DNA of 64,000 bases, from positions 5,163 to 69,162 of the forward strand of contig CAXGUG010000003.1 in assembly GCA_964012715.1 (NCBI GenBank). The letters run 5' to 3'. Position numbers and translations under genes: made by a program. This DNA is from an uncultured Rhodospirillaceae bacterium (lineage in GTDB: Bacteria; Pseudomonadota; Alphaproteobacteria; Rhodospirillales; Casp-alpha2). The notes beneath the pieces were generated by a model. That model was not told where the DNA came from. It did not search any database and saw only the letters and a program-made list of their open reading frames with translations. Numbering within the stretch: the stretch's first letter is position 1; each line of letters opens with the position of its first letter. Of the stretch, positions 16,958 through 27,213 are shown in pieces.

Positions 16958-17829
16958 TCATCCGTGGCAGTCACAAGGTGATCGTTCAGGGCATCACCGG
17001 TAAGCAAGGTACGTTCTGGGCTGAACGGATGATGGAATACGGCACCCAGATCGTCGGTGGCGTGAACCCGAAAAAAGCCGGGACGGAACACATCGGCGTG
17101 CCGGTGTTCGGCTCGGCCGTCGATGCGCAGAAGGGCCTGGAAGACGGCTTCGACGTGTCGATCCTGTTCATCCCGCCGATGGGGGCGAAGGCGGCGGCGT
17201 TGGACGCCATCGAAGCCAACGCCAAGGCCGTCGTGATCCTGACCGAGCACATCCCCGTGCAGGACGTGATGTACATCATGTCCGCCGCCAAGGAACGCGG
17301 CGTCAAGATCATCGGCCCCAACACGGCGGGCGGCGTGACGCCGGGCGAATGTTTCACGGGCTTCATGCCGGCCTTCAACGACAAGATCTTCAAGCCGGGC
17401 AATGTCGGCGTGATCTCGCGGTCCGGCTCGCTCGGCACGCTGATGTGCCTGAACGTGGTGCAGGCCGGGTTCGGTATTTCGGCCTTTGTCGGGATCGGGG
17501 GCGACCCGATCATCGGCACCACCACCCGCGATGCGCTGGAAGCTCTCGACGCGTTCGAGAAAACCGACGCCGTGGTGATGGTCGGTGAAATCGGCGGCGC
17601 GATGGAAGAGCACGCCGCCGAATACGCCGCGACCATGAACAAGCCGATGGCCGCATTCATTGCCGGTGGGGCTGCGCCCGCGGGTAAGAAAATGGGCCAT
17701 GCCGGTGCGATCGTCATGGGTGACAAGGGAACCTACAAGTCCAAGGCCGACGCGTTGTCGGCGGCGGGTGTGGCGATCCTGGACACGCCCATGGACGTCG
17801 GCCCCGTGTTGAAGGAACGGATGGGCTAA
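16954..17829 (+). CDS. succinate/malate-CoA ligase alpha-subunit-like
   Basis: [34 protein letters not shown] and the phosphohistidine loop MGHAGAIV are present. The start has a 4-nt overlap with the beta gene. Confidence 0.85.
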   Translation: MIIRGSHKVIVQGITGKQGTFWAERMMEYGTQIVGGVNPKKAGTEHIGVPVFGSAVDAQKGLEDGFDVSILFIPPMGAKAAALDAIEANAKAVVILTEHIPVQDVMYIMSAAKERGVKIIGPNTAGGVTPGECFTGFMPAFNDKIFKPGNVGVISRSGSLGTLMCLNVVQAGFGISAFVGIGGDPIIGTTTRDALEALDAFEKTDAVVMVGEIGGAMEEHAAEYAATMNKPMAAFIAGGAAPAGKKMGHAGAIVMGDKGTYKSKADALSAAGVAILDTPMDVGPVLKERMG

Positions 17830-17864
17830 GCGCTCCCATTCCTGCATACGATCTCAACCATTGT

Positions 17865-17910
17865 CTCGCCGTCACATGAATCGGATAATCCGGTCAACAG
17901 TGACGGCGAG
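17865..17910 (+). terminator. 11-bp perfect inverted repeat (CTCGCCGTCAC N24 GTGACGGCGAG) after the ligase alpha gene
   Basis: Read directly from the sequence. The loop is large and contains a small inner palindrome, CGGATAATCCG. No T-tract follows. Confidence 0.3.
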
Positions 17911-17969
17911 GCCCGGTTGAACAGGCGGGTGCCTCACGTCCATTTTTGGAACGATTAGAGGAATTTCCC

Positions 17970-18752
17970 ATGACTCCGCCCGATGGCCACGGCCACGACA
18001 ACGACCATTTGACCGATTCCGACACCATCCGCACCCTGCATGGCCGTCGGTCGATTCGCGCCTATTCCGACAAACCGGTGACCGACGAACAAGTCACGGC
18101 GATCGTCGAAGCAGCGCGCCGCGCTCCGACCTCGGCCAACCTGCAGGCCTATTCGGTGGTTGTCGTGCGCGATGCCGAAACCAAGGCCAAGCTGGCCAAG
18201 CTGGCCGGCGGTCAGAAGCACATCATCGATTGCCCGGTCTATCTTGCCTTCGTCGCCGACCTGACGCGGATCGAAGCCGCGTTCCAGCGCAACGGCAACA
18301 ATCTGGACGACAACAACCTGGAAATGGGGTTGATGGCCTCGGTCGATGCCACCCTGGTCGGCATGTCCGCCTACTTGGTTGCGGAAAGCCTGGGCATTCA
18401 AGGCGTGATGATCGGCGCCATGCGCAACGACCCCGAGGCCGTGGCCGAAATTCTGAACCTGCCGTACCGTGCTTACGTGGTGTTTGGCCTGTGCCTGGGC
18501 TATCCGGCGGAAGCGCCGAAGCAAAAGCCGCGCATGCCCGCCGAAGGGATCATCCACTACGAGCGCTACGACGCCGATAAGGCGTTGGGCATCGTCGATA
18601 CCTATAACGACCAGCTCCGCGAACACTACGAATCCATCGGCAAGACCACGGATAAGGAATCCTGGTCCGCCGATGTCGATAAGAAGTACGCCCAGCGTCC
18701 GCGCGATCATCTGCGCGATGCGCTGAAAAAGCGGGGGTTCGACTTCCGCTGA
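17970..18752 (+). CDS. NfsA/FRP-like NADPH-dependent FMN (nitro)reductase
   Basis: RSIRAYSDKPVTDEQVTAIVEAARRAPTSANLQAYSVVVVRD is typical of the nitroreductase superfamily, NfsA group. An ATG follows an AGAGGA RBS. Confidence 0.8.
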   Translation: MTPPDGHGHDNDHLTDSDTIRTLHGRRSIRAYSDKPVTDEQVTAIVEAARRAPTSANLQAYSVVVVRDAETKAKLAKLAGGQKHIIDCPVYLAFVADLTRIEAAFQRNGNNLDDNNLEMGLMASVDATLVGMSAYLVAESLGIQGVMIGAMRNDPEAVAEILNLPYRAYVVFGLCLGYPAEAPKQKPRMPAEGIIHYERYDADKALGIVDTYNDQLREHYESIGKTTDKESWSADVDKKYAQRPRDHLRDALKKRGFDFR

Positions 18753-18782
18753 TGCCGTGACACCCCGCCGGGGAGGCGCCCG

Positions 18783-19184
18783 ATGCCGTTTACAATTCAC
18801 GACGAAGGCGATGGCCTGCATGTCGTTCTGACCGGATTCGCGGCTCCGTACGAATTTATGGAGATCGCCCGGGAAACGGCGGCCCACCCCGGCCGGGACC
18901 GGCATAAATATGACCTGTTCGATTTCACCGATATCGACAGCGACAGCCTGTTCGCGCTGACCGAAACGATCGGCGCGGGCCATGCGGAAAAATCACGCGA
19001 AATATTCGGCGACCGGAACAACCCGATGTTTACCGGTCTGATCTCGCCCCACGCCAAGATGCAGGACGTGTTCGCGGCCTTCATCTCCGGCAAACCGCGC
19101 CCGGAAGGCCATGAAATCGAAGCCTTTACGTCCCTCAACGCGGCGCGCGCATGGCTTGCCGGATGTCTGGCGGATGAGGGATGA
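18783..19184 (+). CDS. hypothetical protein (133 aa)
   Basis: The ORF has plausible amino-acid composition. No family was recognised by eye. Confidence 0.5.
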   Translation: MPFTIHDEGDGLHVVLTGFAAPYEFMEIARETAAHPGRDRHKYDLFDFTDIDSDSLFALTETIGAGHAEKSREIFGDRNNPMFTGLISPHAKMQDVFAAFISGKPRPEGHEIEAFTSLNAARAWLAGCLADEG

Positions 19185-19255
19185 GAATACGTCTCGTTCC
19201 CAACGCAAATGCAAATGACTTTCAAAATTATATAGGAAAATCAATGCTCTTGTGG

Positions 19256-19276
19256 CCTCTCTAGAATTATGAGAGG
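19256..19276. promoter_or_regulatory. inverted repeat CCTCTC-N9-GAGAGG upstream of the bacterioferritin operon
   Basis: Read directly from the sequence. It lies in the AT-rich leader about 50 nt upstream of the bfr ATG. It is a possible iron-responsive operator, but it matches no consensus that I can verify. Confidence 0.25.
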
Positions 19277-19324
19277 GTGTCCCCAATTCCCGACTACCCG
19301 TGAATCAATCCAAGGAGCCGGATC

Positions 19325-19789
19325 ATGAAGGGGGACCGTGAGGTCATCAGGAACCTGAACCTGATTCTCAAAAACGAACTTACCGCCATCAACCAGTACT
19401 TCCTGCATTCCCGTATCTTCAACGATTGGGGAATGGATGACATTGGCGAGCATGAATACAAAAAGTCGATCAAGGACATGAAGCAGGCGGACAAGCTGAT
19501 CGCCCGCATTCTGTTTCTCGAAGGCCTGCCCAACCTGCAGGACCTGGGCAAGCTGCGGATCGGCGAGAACACCGAGGAAATCCTGAAGTGCGACACCGCG
19601 CTTGAGGAAGAGGGCATTGCCGCCCTGCGCGCCGCCATCGCGCTGTGCGAGAGCAAGGGCGACTACGTGTCGCGTGACCTGCTCGACGACATTCTCGAGG
19701 ACGAAGAAGAATACCTGGATTGGCTGGAAACGCAGGTCAGCCTGATCGGCAACATCGGCCTGCAGAACTACATCCAGTCCCAAGCGTAA
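19325..19789 (+). CDS. bfr: bacterioferritin subunit, haem-ligand type (Met52 present, ferroxidase residues 51 and 54 substituted)
   Basis: 154 aa with an AAGGAG RBS. Counting from Met1 gives E18, D51, M52 and Q54. Confidence 0.9.
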   Translation: MKGDREVIRNLNLILKNELTAINQYFLHSRIFNDWGMDDIGEHEYKKSIKDMKQADKLIARILFLEGLPNLQDLGKLRIGENTEEILKCDTALEEEGIAALRAAIALCESKGDYVSRDLLDDILEDEEEYLDWLETQVSLIGNIGLQNYIQSQA

Positions 19790-19802
19790 GGAGCGCCGCG
19801 TC

Positions 19803-20273
19803 ATGAAAGGCAAGAAGACAGTCATCACCGCTTTGAACAAGCTGCTGACCCACGAAATGTCCGCGGCCGACCAGTACTTCATCCATTCGCGGATGTATCA
19901 GGACTTCGGTCTTGAAGAACTGTACGAGCGGATCAACCACGAGCACGAAGAAGAATTGGAGCACGCCGCCAAGATCATTGAGCGTGTCCTGTTCCTGGAA
20001 GGGACGCCCGACGTCGCCTCCCGCGACAAGCTGAAGATCGGCAAAGACGTGCCGTCGATGATCAAGAACGATCTGGCCTATGAGGTCTTCGTTCGTAACG
20101 AATTGGTCAAGGTCATCGCCCTTTGCGAAAAGGAAGGCGACTACGTCACCCGTCAGATGCTTCTGGGCCTGCTGGAAGACACCGAGGAAGACCACCTGTA
20201 TTGGTGCGAAAAGCAGCTCGGCTTGATCGAGAAAATGGGCCTGCACAACTACATTCAATCCAAGATGTCCTGA
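19803..20273 (+). CDS. bfr: bacterioferritin subunit, ferroxidase type (E18/E51/H54 present, Leu at haem-ligand position 52)
   Basis: 156 aa, starting 13 nt after the first bfr gene, with an AAGGAG RBS. Counting from Met1 gives E18, E51, L52 and H54. Confidence 0.9.
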   Translation: MKGKKTVITALNKLLTHEMSAADQYFIHSRMYQDFGLEELYERINHEHEEELEHAAKIIERVLFLEGTPDVASRDKLKIGKDVPSMIKNDLAYEVFVRNELVKVIALCEKEGDYVTRQMLLGLLEDTEEDHLYWCEKQLGLIEKMGLHNYIQSKMS

Positions 20274-20299
20274 TTTCAGGTCATCGGACCGGGGTTGGA

Positions 20300-20330
20300 A
20301 GGGGCGCCGTCGGGCGCCCCTTTTTATTTT
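20300..20330 (+). terminator. rho-independent terminator (GGGGCGCC-GTCG-GGCGCCCC followed by TTTTTATTTTT)
   Basis: Perfect 8-bp GC stem, 4-nt loop and a T-run directly after bfr2. It overlaps the stop of the convergent peroxidase gene and may act on both strands. Confidence 0.85.
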
Positions 20331-21484
20331 TCCAACAAATGCTCGTAGCGCTTGTCGGTCAGCGTTTTCAGGAACGCGACCAGGGCGTTGATCCGCTTGT
20401 TGTCCAAGGCGGGGCCATGGGTCAGTTCCTTCATCGACAGGTTCTCCGCCACTTCGGGGGCGCGGAACGGCTTGCCGGTTTCCGGATTGATCAGGCGGTT
20501 CGGATCCTTGGTGTTGTATTTGTTGTAGAACAGGATCGTCGTCCGAAGGTCCTTGAAGACGCCGTTGTGCATGTAGGGGCCAGTCACCGCGACGTTGCGC
20601 AGGCTCGGGACTTTGAACTTGCCGGACTGCGCCCGGTCTTTCACTGCCGCGTTGTCCAACAAGCCATGATCGACGAAATCCGGTTTGGAGCCGTTGGCCT
20701 TGCGGACCGCCTCGTTCACCGGAATGCCGATGTTGTGAAACTGGTAGTTGGTGAAGGTCTCGCCCTTCGCCGGCTGCATGGTATGCAACTGGTGGCATAG
20801 ATTGCAGTTGGTGAATTGCTGGGAAAAGAACAGCAGCCGGCCCAGGTCTTCCTGATCCGTCAATTTTGCTTCGCCGCGCAGATATCGGTCGTACTTCGAA
20901 TCAAATGGCGCGAATTCCTGCGTCTGCTCGAATGCCGCAATGGCCTGGGTCATCGCCGCATAGGCGGCATTCGTGTCTTCCCGGACCTTGGGGCCGAACA
21001 GCTTGGCGAAGGCCGTGACGTAATCCGCATTTTCCCACAGCCGCGCCACGACCGAGGCCTTGTCCGGCATCCCCATTTCGATGGGGTTGAGCGGCGGGCC
21101 CCCGGCCTGTCCGGCAAGATCGGGTTCGCGTCCATCCAGGAACTGGCCCCCGACGTATTGCCCGGTCTTCACTTTGTGGAAGCGGGGAGAGAATTTGGCA
21201 TAGGCGGCGGTCGGCGCGTTTCGGTCACCCAAGCTGGTGCCGTCGTCGCCCAAGGAGACGGCCTTGCCGACCTCGGTTTCGCGCGGATCGGTAAAGGCGA
21301 AATCGGGATTGTGACAGGTGGCGCAGGCTTGGCTGCGGTTCTTCGAGAGGTTGGTATCGAAGAACAAGGCCTTGCCCAGGTCTTCCTTGGTGGCGATGTC
21401 TCCGGCGCTGGTTGCGTGAGAGGGCGCCAGTACAGCGGCCGCCAACAACAAGGCGCCCGCGAAAGCGGAATAAGGTCGGGTCAC
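20324..21484 (-). CDS. di-haem cytochrome c peroxidase (CCP/MauG family)
   Basis: There are two CxxCH motifs (CATCHNPDF and CNLCHQLH), a signal peptide, and the distal Met region PYMHNGVF. The start codon is GTG. Confidence 0.85.
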   Translation of the reverse strand: MTRPYSAFAGALLLAAAVLAPSHATSAGDIATKEDLGKALFFDTNLSKNRSQACATCHNPDFAFTDPRETEVGKAVSLGDDGTSLGDRNAPTAAYAKFSPRFHKVKTGQYVGGQFLDGREPDLAGQAGGPPLNPIEMGMPDKASVVARLWENADYVTAFAKLFGPKVREDTNAAYAAMTQAIAAFEQTQEFAPFDSKYDRYLRGEAKLTDQEDLGRLLFFSQQFTNCNLCHQLHTMQPAKGETFTNYQFHNIGIPVNEAVRKANGSKPDFVDHGLLDNAAVKDRAQSGKFKVPSLRNVAVTGPYMHNGVFKDLRTTILFYNKYNTKDPNRLINPETGKPFRAPEVAENLSMKELTHGPALDNKRINALVAFLKTLTDKRYEHLLEK

Positions 21485-21574
21485 AATGAAGCTCGTGGAA
21501 TTGAGTTAAATGCTAATGCGTCTTGTTATCACTTTTCGGCGAAAAGATGTTGATCTAAATCACCCCAGCCCGGA

Positions 21575-22903
21575 TTACAGGCCTTTGATCAGGACCCAGG
21601 CGACCGCCGCCGGGGCGACGAACCGGCAGATGAACACCCAGACCCGGACCAGGGGAAACGGGTGCGTGCCGTCGGATTGGGCTTCTTCAATGGCGCGGGC
21701 AGTGATCGACCAGCCGACGAACAAGGCGATCAATACCCCGCCCAGCGGCAGCATGATGTTCGAGGCCAGATAATCCATGGCATCCAGGAACCCCTTGCCC
21801 CCGACCTTGAGGTCGGACCATGGACCCAGTGACAGGGCAGACGGAATGCCGAGCGCCCAAATGACGGCCCCCGCGATAACGACGCCCCAGCGCCGCGAGA
21901 TGCCGCGTTCGTCGATCAGATAGGCGACGACAGGCTCCAGGATCGACACGGCGGAGGTCAGGGCGGCGATCGCCAACAATGCAAAGAACATAAAGGCGAA
22001 GGCCTGACCCAGGGGCATCTGCGCGAACACGGCGGGCAGGGTGATGAAGGTCAGTCCGGGCCCGGACGCCGGGTCGAAGCCGAATGCGAAGACAGCAGGC
22101 AGGATCATGAACCCGGCGATCACGGCGAACGCCGTATCCAAAAAGGTCACTTGTGCCGCGGTGCGCGGCAGGTTGACCTGTTTGTCCAGGTAGCTGGCGT
22201 AGGTCAGCATCGCGCCCATGCCCAGGGACAGGGAAAAGAAAGCCTGCCCCAGGGCGGCGTTGACCGTGTCCCAGGTGACCTTGGAAAAGTCGGGGGTCAG
22301 GAAAAAGGCGATCCCTTTCTCTGCGCCGTCCAAGGTGACCGCGCGCACTGCCAGAACAACAACGAGAACCGCCAGAATGGGCATAAGGATGCGCGACGCC
22401 CGCTCGATCCCGCCGCGCACGCCGCCGGCGATGACGCCAGCGGTCAGCACCATGAACAGAGTGTGGAAACCGATCACGCCCCAGGGCTCGGAAATGAACC
22501 CGCCGAACGTTGCGCCCAGGGCTTTCGGATCGCTATGCGCCAACGCGCCGGTCGCGGCCTTGACCGCATAGGCGATGGTCCAGCCGCCGACCACGGAATA
22601 AAAGGACAGGATCACGAAACCGGCCAGAACGCCCAGGCCCCCGGCGGCGGCCCAGGGCCCGCCCTTCAGGGCGCGGAACGAGCCGACGGGGTTGCGTTGC
22701 CCGGCGCGGCCGATGGCGAACTCGGCCAGCATCACCGAAAAGCCGATGGAAAAGACGAAGGCCAGGTAAATCAGCAGGAACGCCCCGCCGCCGCTTTGCC
22801 CGGTCATGTAGGGAAATTTCCAGATGTTGCCCAGCCCCACGGCGGAGCCGGCGGCAGCCAGAACGAAGCCCAACCGGGTGGCGAAATGGTCGCGAGACTG
22901 CAT
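21575..22903 (-). CDS. sodium-dependent transporter, SNF (neurotransmitter:sodium symporter) family
   Basis: RLGFVLAAAGSAVGLGNIWKFPYMTGQSGGGAFLLIYL is the NSS signature. The protein has about 11-12 hydrophobic segments. Confidence 0.85.
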   Translation of the reverse strand: MQSRDHFATRLGFVLAAAGSAVGLGNIWKFPYMTGQSGGGAFLLIYLAFVFSIGFSVMLAEFAIGRAGQRNPVGSFRALKGGPWAAAGGLGVLAGFVILSFYSVVGGWTIAYAVKAATGALAHSDPKALGATFGGFISEPWGVIGFHTLFMVLTAGVIAGGVRGGIERASRILMPILAVLVVVLAVRAVTLDGAEKGIAFFLTPDFSKVTWDTVNAALGQAFFSLSLGMGAMLTYASYLDKQVNLPRTAAQVTFLDTAFAVIAGFMILPAVFAFGFDPASGPGLTFITLPAVFAQMPLGQAFAFMFFALLAIAALTSAVSILEPVVAYLIDERGISRRWGVVIAGAVIWALGIPSALSLGPWSDLKVGGKGFLDAMDYLASNIMLPLGGVLIALFVGWSITARAIEEAQSDGTHPFPLVRVWVFICRFVAPAAVAWVLIKGL

Positions 22904-23036
22904 GGCGTTCCCCTAGTTCCCCAACATTAGACAATGCCGAGACTTAGACCAGGAACAAGGCGGTCTCAAGTTCGATAGGCGATCGTGTCTGGGAGAAGGT
23001 CTCCCCGCCCGGCGTTGCGCGGGGAGCCGGAAAGCG

Positions 23037-25052
23037 TTATGCGGCGCGGACGTTGCTCAGGAAGTCGCGCACCAGACCGTTCAGAACTTCGGCCTGGGTG
23101 GACAATTCCCTCGATGCGTTGAGGACCTCATGTGCTGCCCCGCCCGTGGCATCCACGGCGTCCGAGACACCCTGAATGTTGGAAGTCATCTCCCGCGTGC
23201 CTTCGGACGTTTGTTCGATGTTACGGGCGATTTCCTGGGTCGCGGCTTGTTGTTCCTCGACGGCGGCGGAAATGCTGCTGCCGACATGATTGATGTCGCG
23301 GATCGTATTGGCGATCAGCTCGATGGCCGCCGCGGCTTCCTTCGTCGCGTTTTGCACGCTGCCGATCTGCGAGCTGATTTCCTCGGTCGCGCGGGCGGTC
23401 TGGCTGGCCAGATTCTTGACCTCGCTGGCCACGACGGCAAATCCCTTGCCGGCGTCACCGGCACGGGCCGCCTCGATCGTGGCGTTCAACGCAAGCAGAT
23501 TGGTCTGCTCGGCGATGTCGGTGATCATGTCGACCACCGTGCCGATCCGTTCCGCCGTTTCGACCAGGCTTTGGACCTGTTGCGTGGTCTGCGCGGCCTG
23601 GGTTTCGGCATCGCCCGCCATGCGGCTGGACTCGACGACCTGACGGCCGATCTCGTTGATCGAGCTAGACAACTCTTCGGTCGCCGAGGCGACGTTCTGA
23701 ACGTTCTGCGACGCCTGGTTGGAGGCGGCGGCGACCGCACCGGCGCGATCATTGGCATCGGACGCCGTGCCGGTCAGCGTTTCGGCCGAGGCCTGCATTT
23801 CCGTCGCGGCGGATGACACGGTGTTGACCACGCCGCCGACGCTGGCGTCGAAGTCGTCGGCCAGCTTCAACATCGCGGCCTTGCGGTCCGCTGCGGCACG
23901 GCGCTCTGCTTCGGCTTGTTCGGCCTCCAGGCGCTTGACCTCAATGACGTTGCTTTTGAACACCTGCACCGCGGCGGCCATCTTGCCGATCTCATCGCCA
24001 TGGTCCTGGCCGGGAATGTCGGTTTCGAGATCGCCGTCGGCAAGGCGCCCCATGGCGCCGGTGATGGCTTTGACCGGGCCGGATAGGCCGGTGCCGATCA
24101 GCCAAGCCGCCAGAATGCCGAAGATCAAAGCCGCACCCGACACAATACCGGCAACCTGCACGGATTTGTCGATCGCGGCGGTTGCGGCGGGGCCAAGGGT
24201 GTCCTGCTCTTTCTTGACGGCCAGCTTCAGCTCTTCCATGTGCTTGGCGACGTTCGGTCCGATCACGGAAAGCGTTCCGTTGAAGATCGCGTTCTGGGCG
24301 TTGATCGTCTCGTTGACGGCCATGAAGTCCATTTCGTATTTGGCGTGAAGCATCTTCGCTTCGCTGGCGTACTTTCGCAGGGGATTGTCTTCCAACGCGT
24401 CCATCAACTCGCTCATGGTCTCCTTCACGGCGGCGGAATCCGCCATCGCCTGTTCGAAGGATTTCTTGTCGTTGTTGACCAGGAACATGGCCACGGACAA
24501 CCGCATCAGCAGCAGAGAACGCAGGGTCGCGCCAGCGCGGAAGGCGGCGGCGGCATCGTTGCTTTCATAGGCGTTACGCATGACCAGGGTCAGGTCGCGT
24601 TCCGCTTTGGGGCCGGTCATGCTGAGCGAATTCTTGACCAGATCGTCGCGCTTCACCTGAAGCTTGGTGATCTCTTCGAAGCCGTTCAGGTATTCCTGCA
24701 TCTGGGCGCTGGTTTGCGTCGCGATTTCCTTCAGATCGGGGCGGTGCACCATCTTTGCCAAATCGGTCGAAAACGCCAATGCGGCGTTCGCGCGTGTTTC
24801 AGCAGCCTTTTTGTAATCGTCCGACGGTTGGCGCATGTAGTTGAAGACAGCGAGACGCGCCTCCAAAAGGTTTGCCTGTACGCGACCGGCTTCGTTGGTT
24901 TGACGAGCGATGTCTCGGTAGTTGTGGAAATTGTCCTTGGCGGAAAACAGCCCCTTTCCACTGAACCCGGCGACGGCGATCAGCAGCACCAGGACGATGC
25001 CGAACCCGCCGAAGACCTTGGCGGAAATGTTGATATTTTTAAGCGCTCCCAT
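23037..25052 (-). CDS. methyl-accepting chemotaxis protein
   Basis: Two TM segments flank a periplasmic helical domain, followed by HAMP and the highly conserved signalling hairpin [35 protein letters not shown]. The start at MGALKNI (25052) is preferred over 25115. Confidence 0.9.
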   Translation of the reverse strand: MGALKNINISAKVFGGFGIVLVLLIAVAGFSGKGLFSAKDNFHNYRDIARQTNEAGRVQANLLEARLAVFNYMRQPSDDYKKAAETRANAALAFSTDLAKMVHRPDLKEIATQTSAQMQEYLNGFEEITKLQVKRDDLVKNSLSMTGPKAERDLTLVMRNAYESNDAAAAFRAGATLRSLLLMRLSVAMFLVNNDKKSFEQAMADSAAVKETMSELMDALEDNPLRKYASEAKMLHAKYEMDFMAVNETINAQNAIFNGTLSVIGPNVAKHMEELKLAVKKEQDTLGPAATAAIDKSVQVAGIVSGAALIFGILAAWLIGTGLSGPVKAITGAMGRLADGDLETDIPGQDHGDEIGKMAAAVQVFKSNVIEVKRLEAEQAEAERRAAADRKAAMLKLADDFDASVGGVVNTVSSAATEMQASAETLTGTASDANDRAGAVAAASNQASQNVQNVASATEELSSSINEIGRQVVESSRMAGDAETQAAQTTQQVQSLVETAERIGTVVDMITDIAEQTNLLALNATIEAARAGDAGKGFAVVASEVKNLASQTARATEEISSQIGSVQNATKEAAAAIELIANTIRDINHVGSSISAAVEEQQAATQEIARNIEQTSEGTREMTSNIQGVSDAVDATGGAAHEVLNASRELSTQAEVLNGLVRDFLSNVRAA

Positions 25053-25394
25053 GACGCGTGGCCCCTTGTCGTATTCCAGTCGTTTAGTTTTCTGGTTGCG
25101 GCAAGCAATGCCCACGCCAACGCCGCGTGGGCGTAGGTTGAAACTGCTTAGCCGTTCGGATTTTTATCGGCGGGTATATCCGCCTATGCGAATCTCATCC
25201 GTATGCCCCCTGAATTCACCTGTCCAAGAATCCCCCCCACAGGATTCAGCATTGTGCGATCAGTCTTAAAAATGGGTACATGCATATTCGGTGATGCGCA
25301 ATACACCTTAAGTATTGGGTAATTCAGGGATTTCTCAATACAGAGAAGGGGCGCGGATATGCTCGGTCAGCGATCTTCGTTTGTACCTACGCGG

Positions 25395-26324
25395 TCAAAA
25401 AAGGCTGCGTGCGATTACAAGTGTTATCGGAACGGTGATCAAGCTGAGCAGCGTCTGCAGCGTAATCATGCCGGCGACGAGGGGGGCGTCACCACCCATT
25501 TCCCGAGCGATGGTGAACGAGGACGATGCCGTCGGCATGGCCGCGAAGATGGCGATGATGTAGGCAGGCACGCCGGTGATGCCGAGGGTCCAGCACATGG
25601 CAAGGGCCGCCGAGGGAAAGACCAGGAATTTGACCGTCGTGGCGATGGCGATGGGGCCGACGGCGGCGCGCATTTCCCGCACGCGGATGTTCGCGCCGAC
25701 CGCCAGCAGAACGATGGGCAGTGCGGCCCGGCCCAGCATCTCGGCGGTTTCGTGAACCACGGGGATGACACCAATGTTCAGGATGTTGACCCCGACCCCC
25801 AAGATGACCGACAGGATCAACGGATTGCGCGCCAGATCCTTGGCCACCGGCCGCCACAATCCGCCGGGACCGCCATGGCGGAGCATGACGTTCATCAGGC
25901 TGATGACCAAAATGTTGGTCGGCGGGATCAAAGTCGCCGTCATCGCCGCAGCCAGGGCCAGGCCTTCCAGGCCGAACAGGCGTTCGGCGATGGCCAGCGC
26001 GATGAAGGTATTGTGGCGCGCCGCGCCCTGCAGAATGCTGGTGCCTTGCGCCCCTTTGAAGCCGAATAGCCGCCCGACGATCAACGAGGTCGCGACCGCC
26101 GCCACCAACCCGGTCAGGATCGAGGCCGCGAAGGGCCCCAACAGGTCTCCCGACAGGTCCGAGGTCGAGGTCTTGTAGAAAAGCAAACTCGGGAACAGCA
26201 CCCAGTAAACCAGCTTGTCGTTCAGGTTCCAGAACTTGACCGAGGGAATGCCGTTGCGGCGCAGCAGGTTGCCCAGCACGATCAGGACGAAAATGGGCAG
26301 GATCGACCACAGAATGTGAAGCAT
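25395..26324 (-). CDS. AEC (auxin efflux carrier) family transporter
   Basis: 309 aa with about 10 TM segments. The N-terminus ILPIFVLIVLGNLLRR and the overall layout are typical of the AEC family. Confidence 0.75.
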   Translation of the reverse strand: MLHILWSILPIFVLIVLGNLLRRNGIPSVKFWNLNDKLVYWVLFPSLLFYKTSTSDLSGDLLGPFAASILTGLVAAVATSLIVGRLFGFKGAQGTSILQGAARHNTFIALAIAERLFGLEGLALAAAMTATLIPPTNILVISLMNVMLRHGGPGGLWRPVAKDLARNPLILSVILGVGVNILNIGVIPVVHETAEMLGRAALPIVLLAVGANIRVREMRAAVGPIAIATTVKFLVFPSAALAMCWTLGITGVPAYIIAIFAAMPTASSSFTIAREMGGDAPLVAGMITLQTLLSLITVPITLVIARSLF

Positions 26325-26432
26325 GGTGGCGCTCGCTTTTTTCTACCTGTTCAGGGCGCGGTTCCGACGCCGACGGTTTTGCGCCGCCGGGTCCAAAACT
26401 TCCACCAAAATCGAAAAGGCGAAGGCGAACGA

Positions 26433-27209
26433 TCAGGTCAGGGCGCGTCTGATCAGATTGAGTCCGACCAGAAACAACAATACCAGCATCGCCTTGCGAA
26501 AGGCTTCTTCATTGATCCATTTGCGGATCTGTTCACCGACCAGGATACCGATCATCCCGGGCAGGCAGGCCGCCGCCGACAGCCAGACGTTGGATGGATT
26601 GAGCACGCCGTTCGACCAGTAGAACATGGTCAGGGGAATGGCCCCGGCGGTCCAGATCAAGGCGACGGTGCGGACCCATTCGTCCTTGGGCAGTTTCAAC
26701 AGCACCAGATAGATCATCAAGGGCGGGCCCCAGATGGTGGTCAGGCCGCCCAATAGGCCGCCCATGGTGCCGGCGACCGGCCCGGCCCAACGTTCGGTTC
26801 CTGGCTTCAACGGTTCGGGCCGGGGCTTCCACAGGCTGGTTCCGGCGAAGATCGCGACGCAGGTGCCCAGGACGATGAACAGAACCTTGGTGTCGAAGGC
26901 CGCCAGCATCAGCGACCCCAGCCAAAGGAACAACAGGAACGGGATCAGTAGGGGGGCGTGGCGCTTAATAGGGGCGAACAAGCTGCCTGCACGGGAGACT
27001 TGCCACAAGTTGGTGATCAGGATGGGGACGACCAACAGGGCGATGGCTTCGCGTGGTTCCAGCAGGTTGGCGGTAACGACGATCGAGACGGTGACGATCG
27101 GCAGGCCGACGCCCGAAATACCCTTGGTCATGCCACCGCCGAATACGGCCAAGGCGATCAGCGCGAGCAATTCAGGCGGGTGGCCCAGCAGATCGGTCAG
27201 AAAGGCCAT
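26433..27209 (-). CDS. TauE/SafE family sulfite/anion exporter
   Basis: 258 aa with 7-8 TM segments. GGGMTKGISGVGLPIV and the second-half repeat GGLLGGLTTIWGPPLMIYL are characteristic. The start is 4 nt after the upstream enolase-superfamily gene stop. Confidence 0.75.
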   Translation of the reverse strand: MAFLTDLLGHPPELLALIALAVFGGGMTKGISGVGLPIVTVSIVVTANLLEPREAIALLVVPILITNLWQVSRAGSLFAPIKRHAPLLIPFLLFLWLGSLMLAAFDTKVLFIVLGTCVAIFAGTSLWKPRPEPLKPGTERWAGPVAGTMGGLLGGLTTIWGPPLMIYLVLLKLPKDEWVRTVALIWTAGAIPLTMFYWSNGVLNPSNVWLSAAACLPGMIGILVGEQIRKWINEEAFRKAMLVLLFLVGLNLIRRALT

Positions 27210-27213
27210 GGGT

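Noticed and set aside
19204-19216. GCAAATGCAAATG tandem upstream of bfr as a Fur box.
   Set aside because: It is too short and does not match the 19-bp Fur consensus convincingly. It is mentioned only as part of the AT-rich leader.
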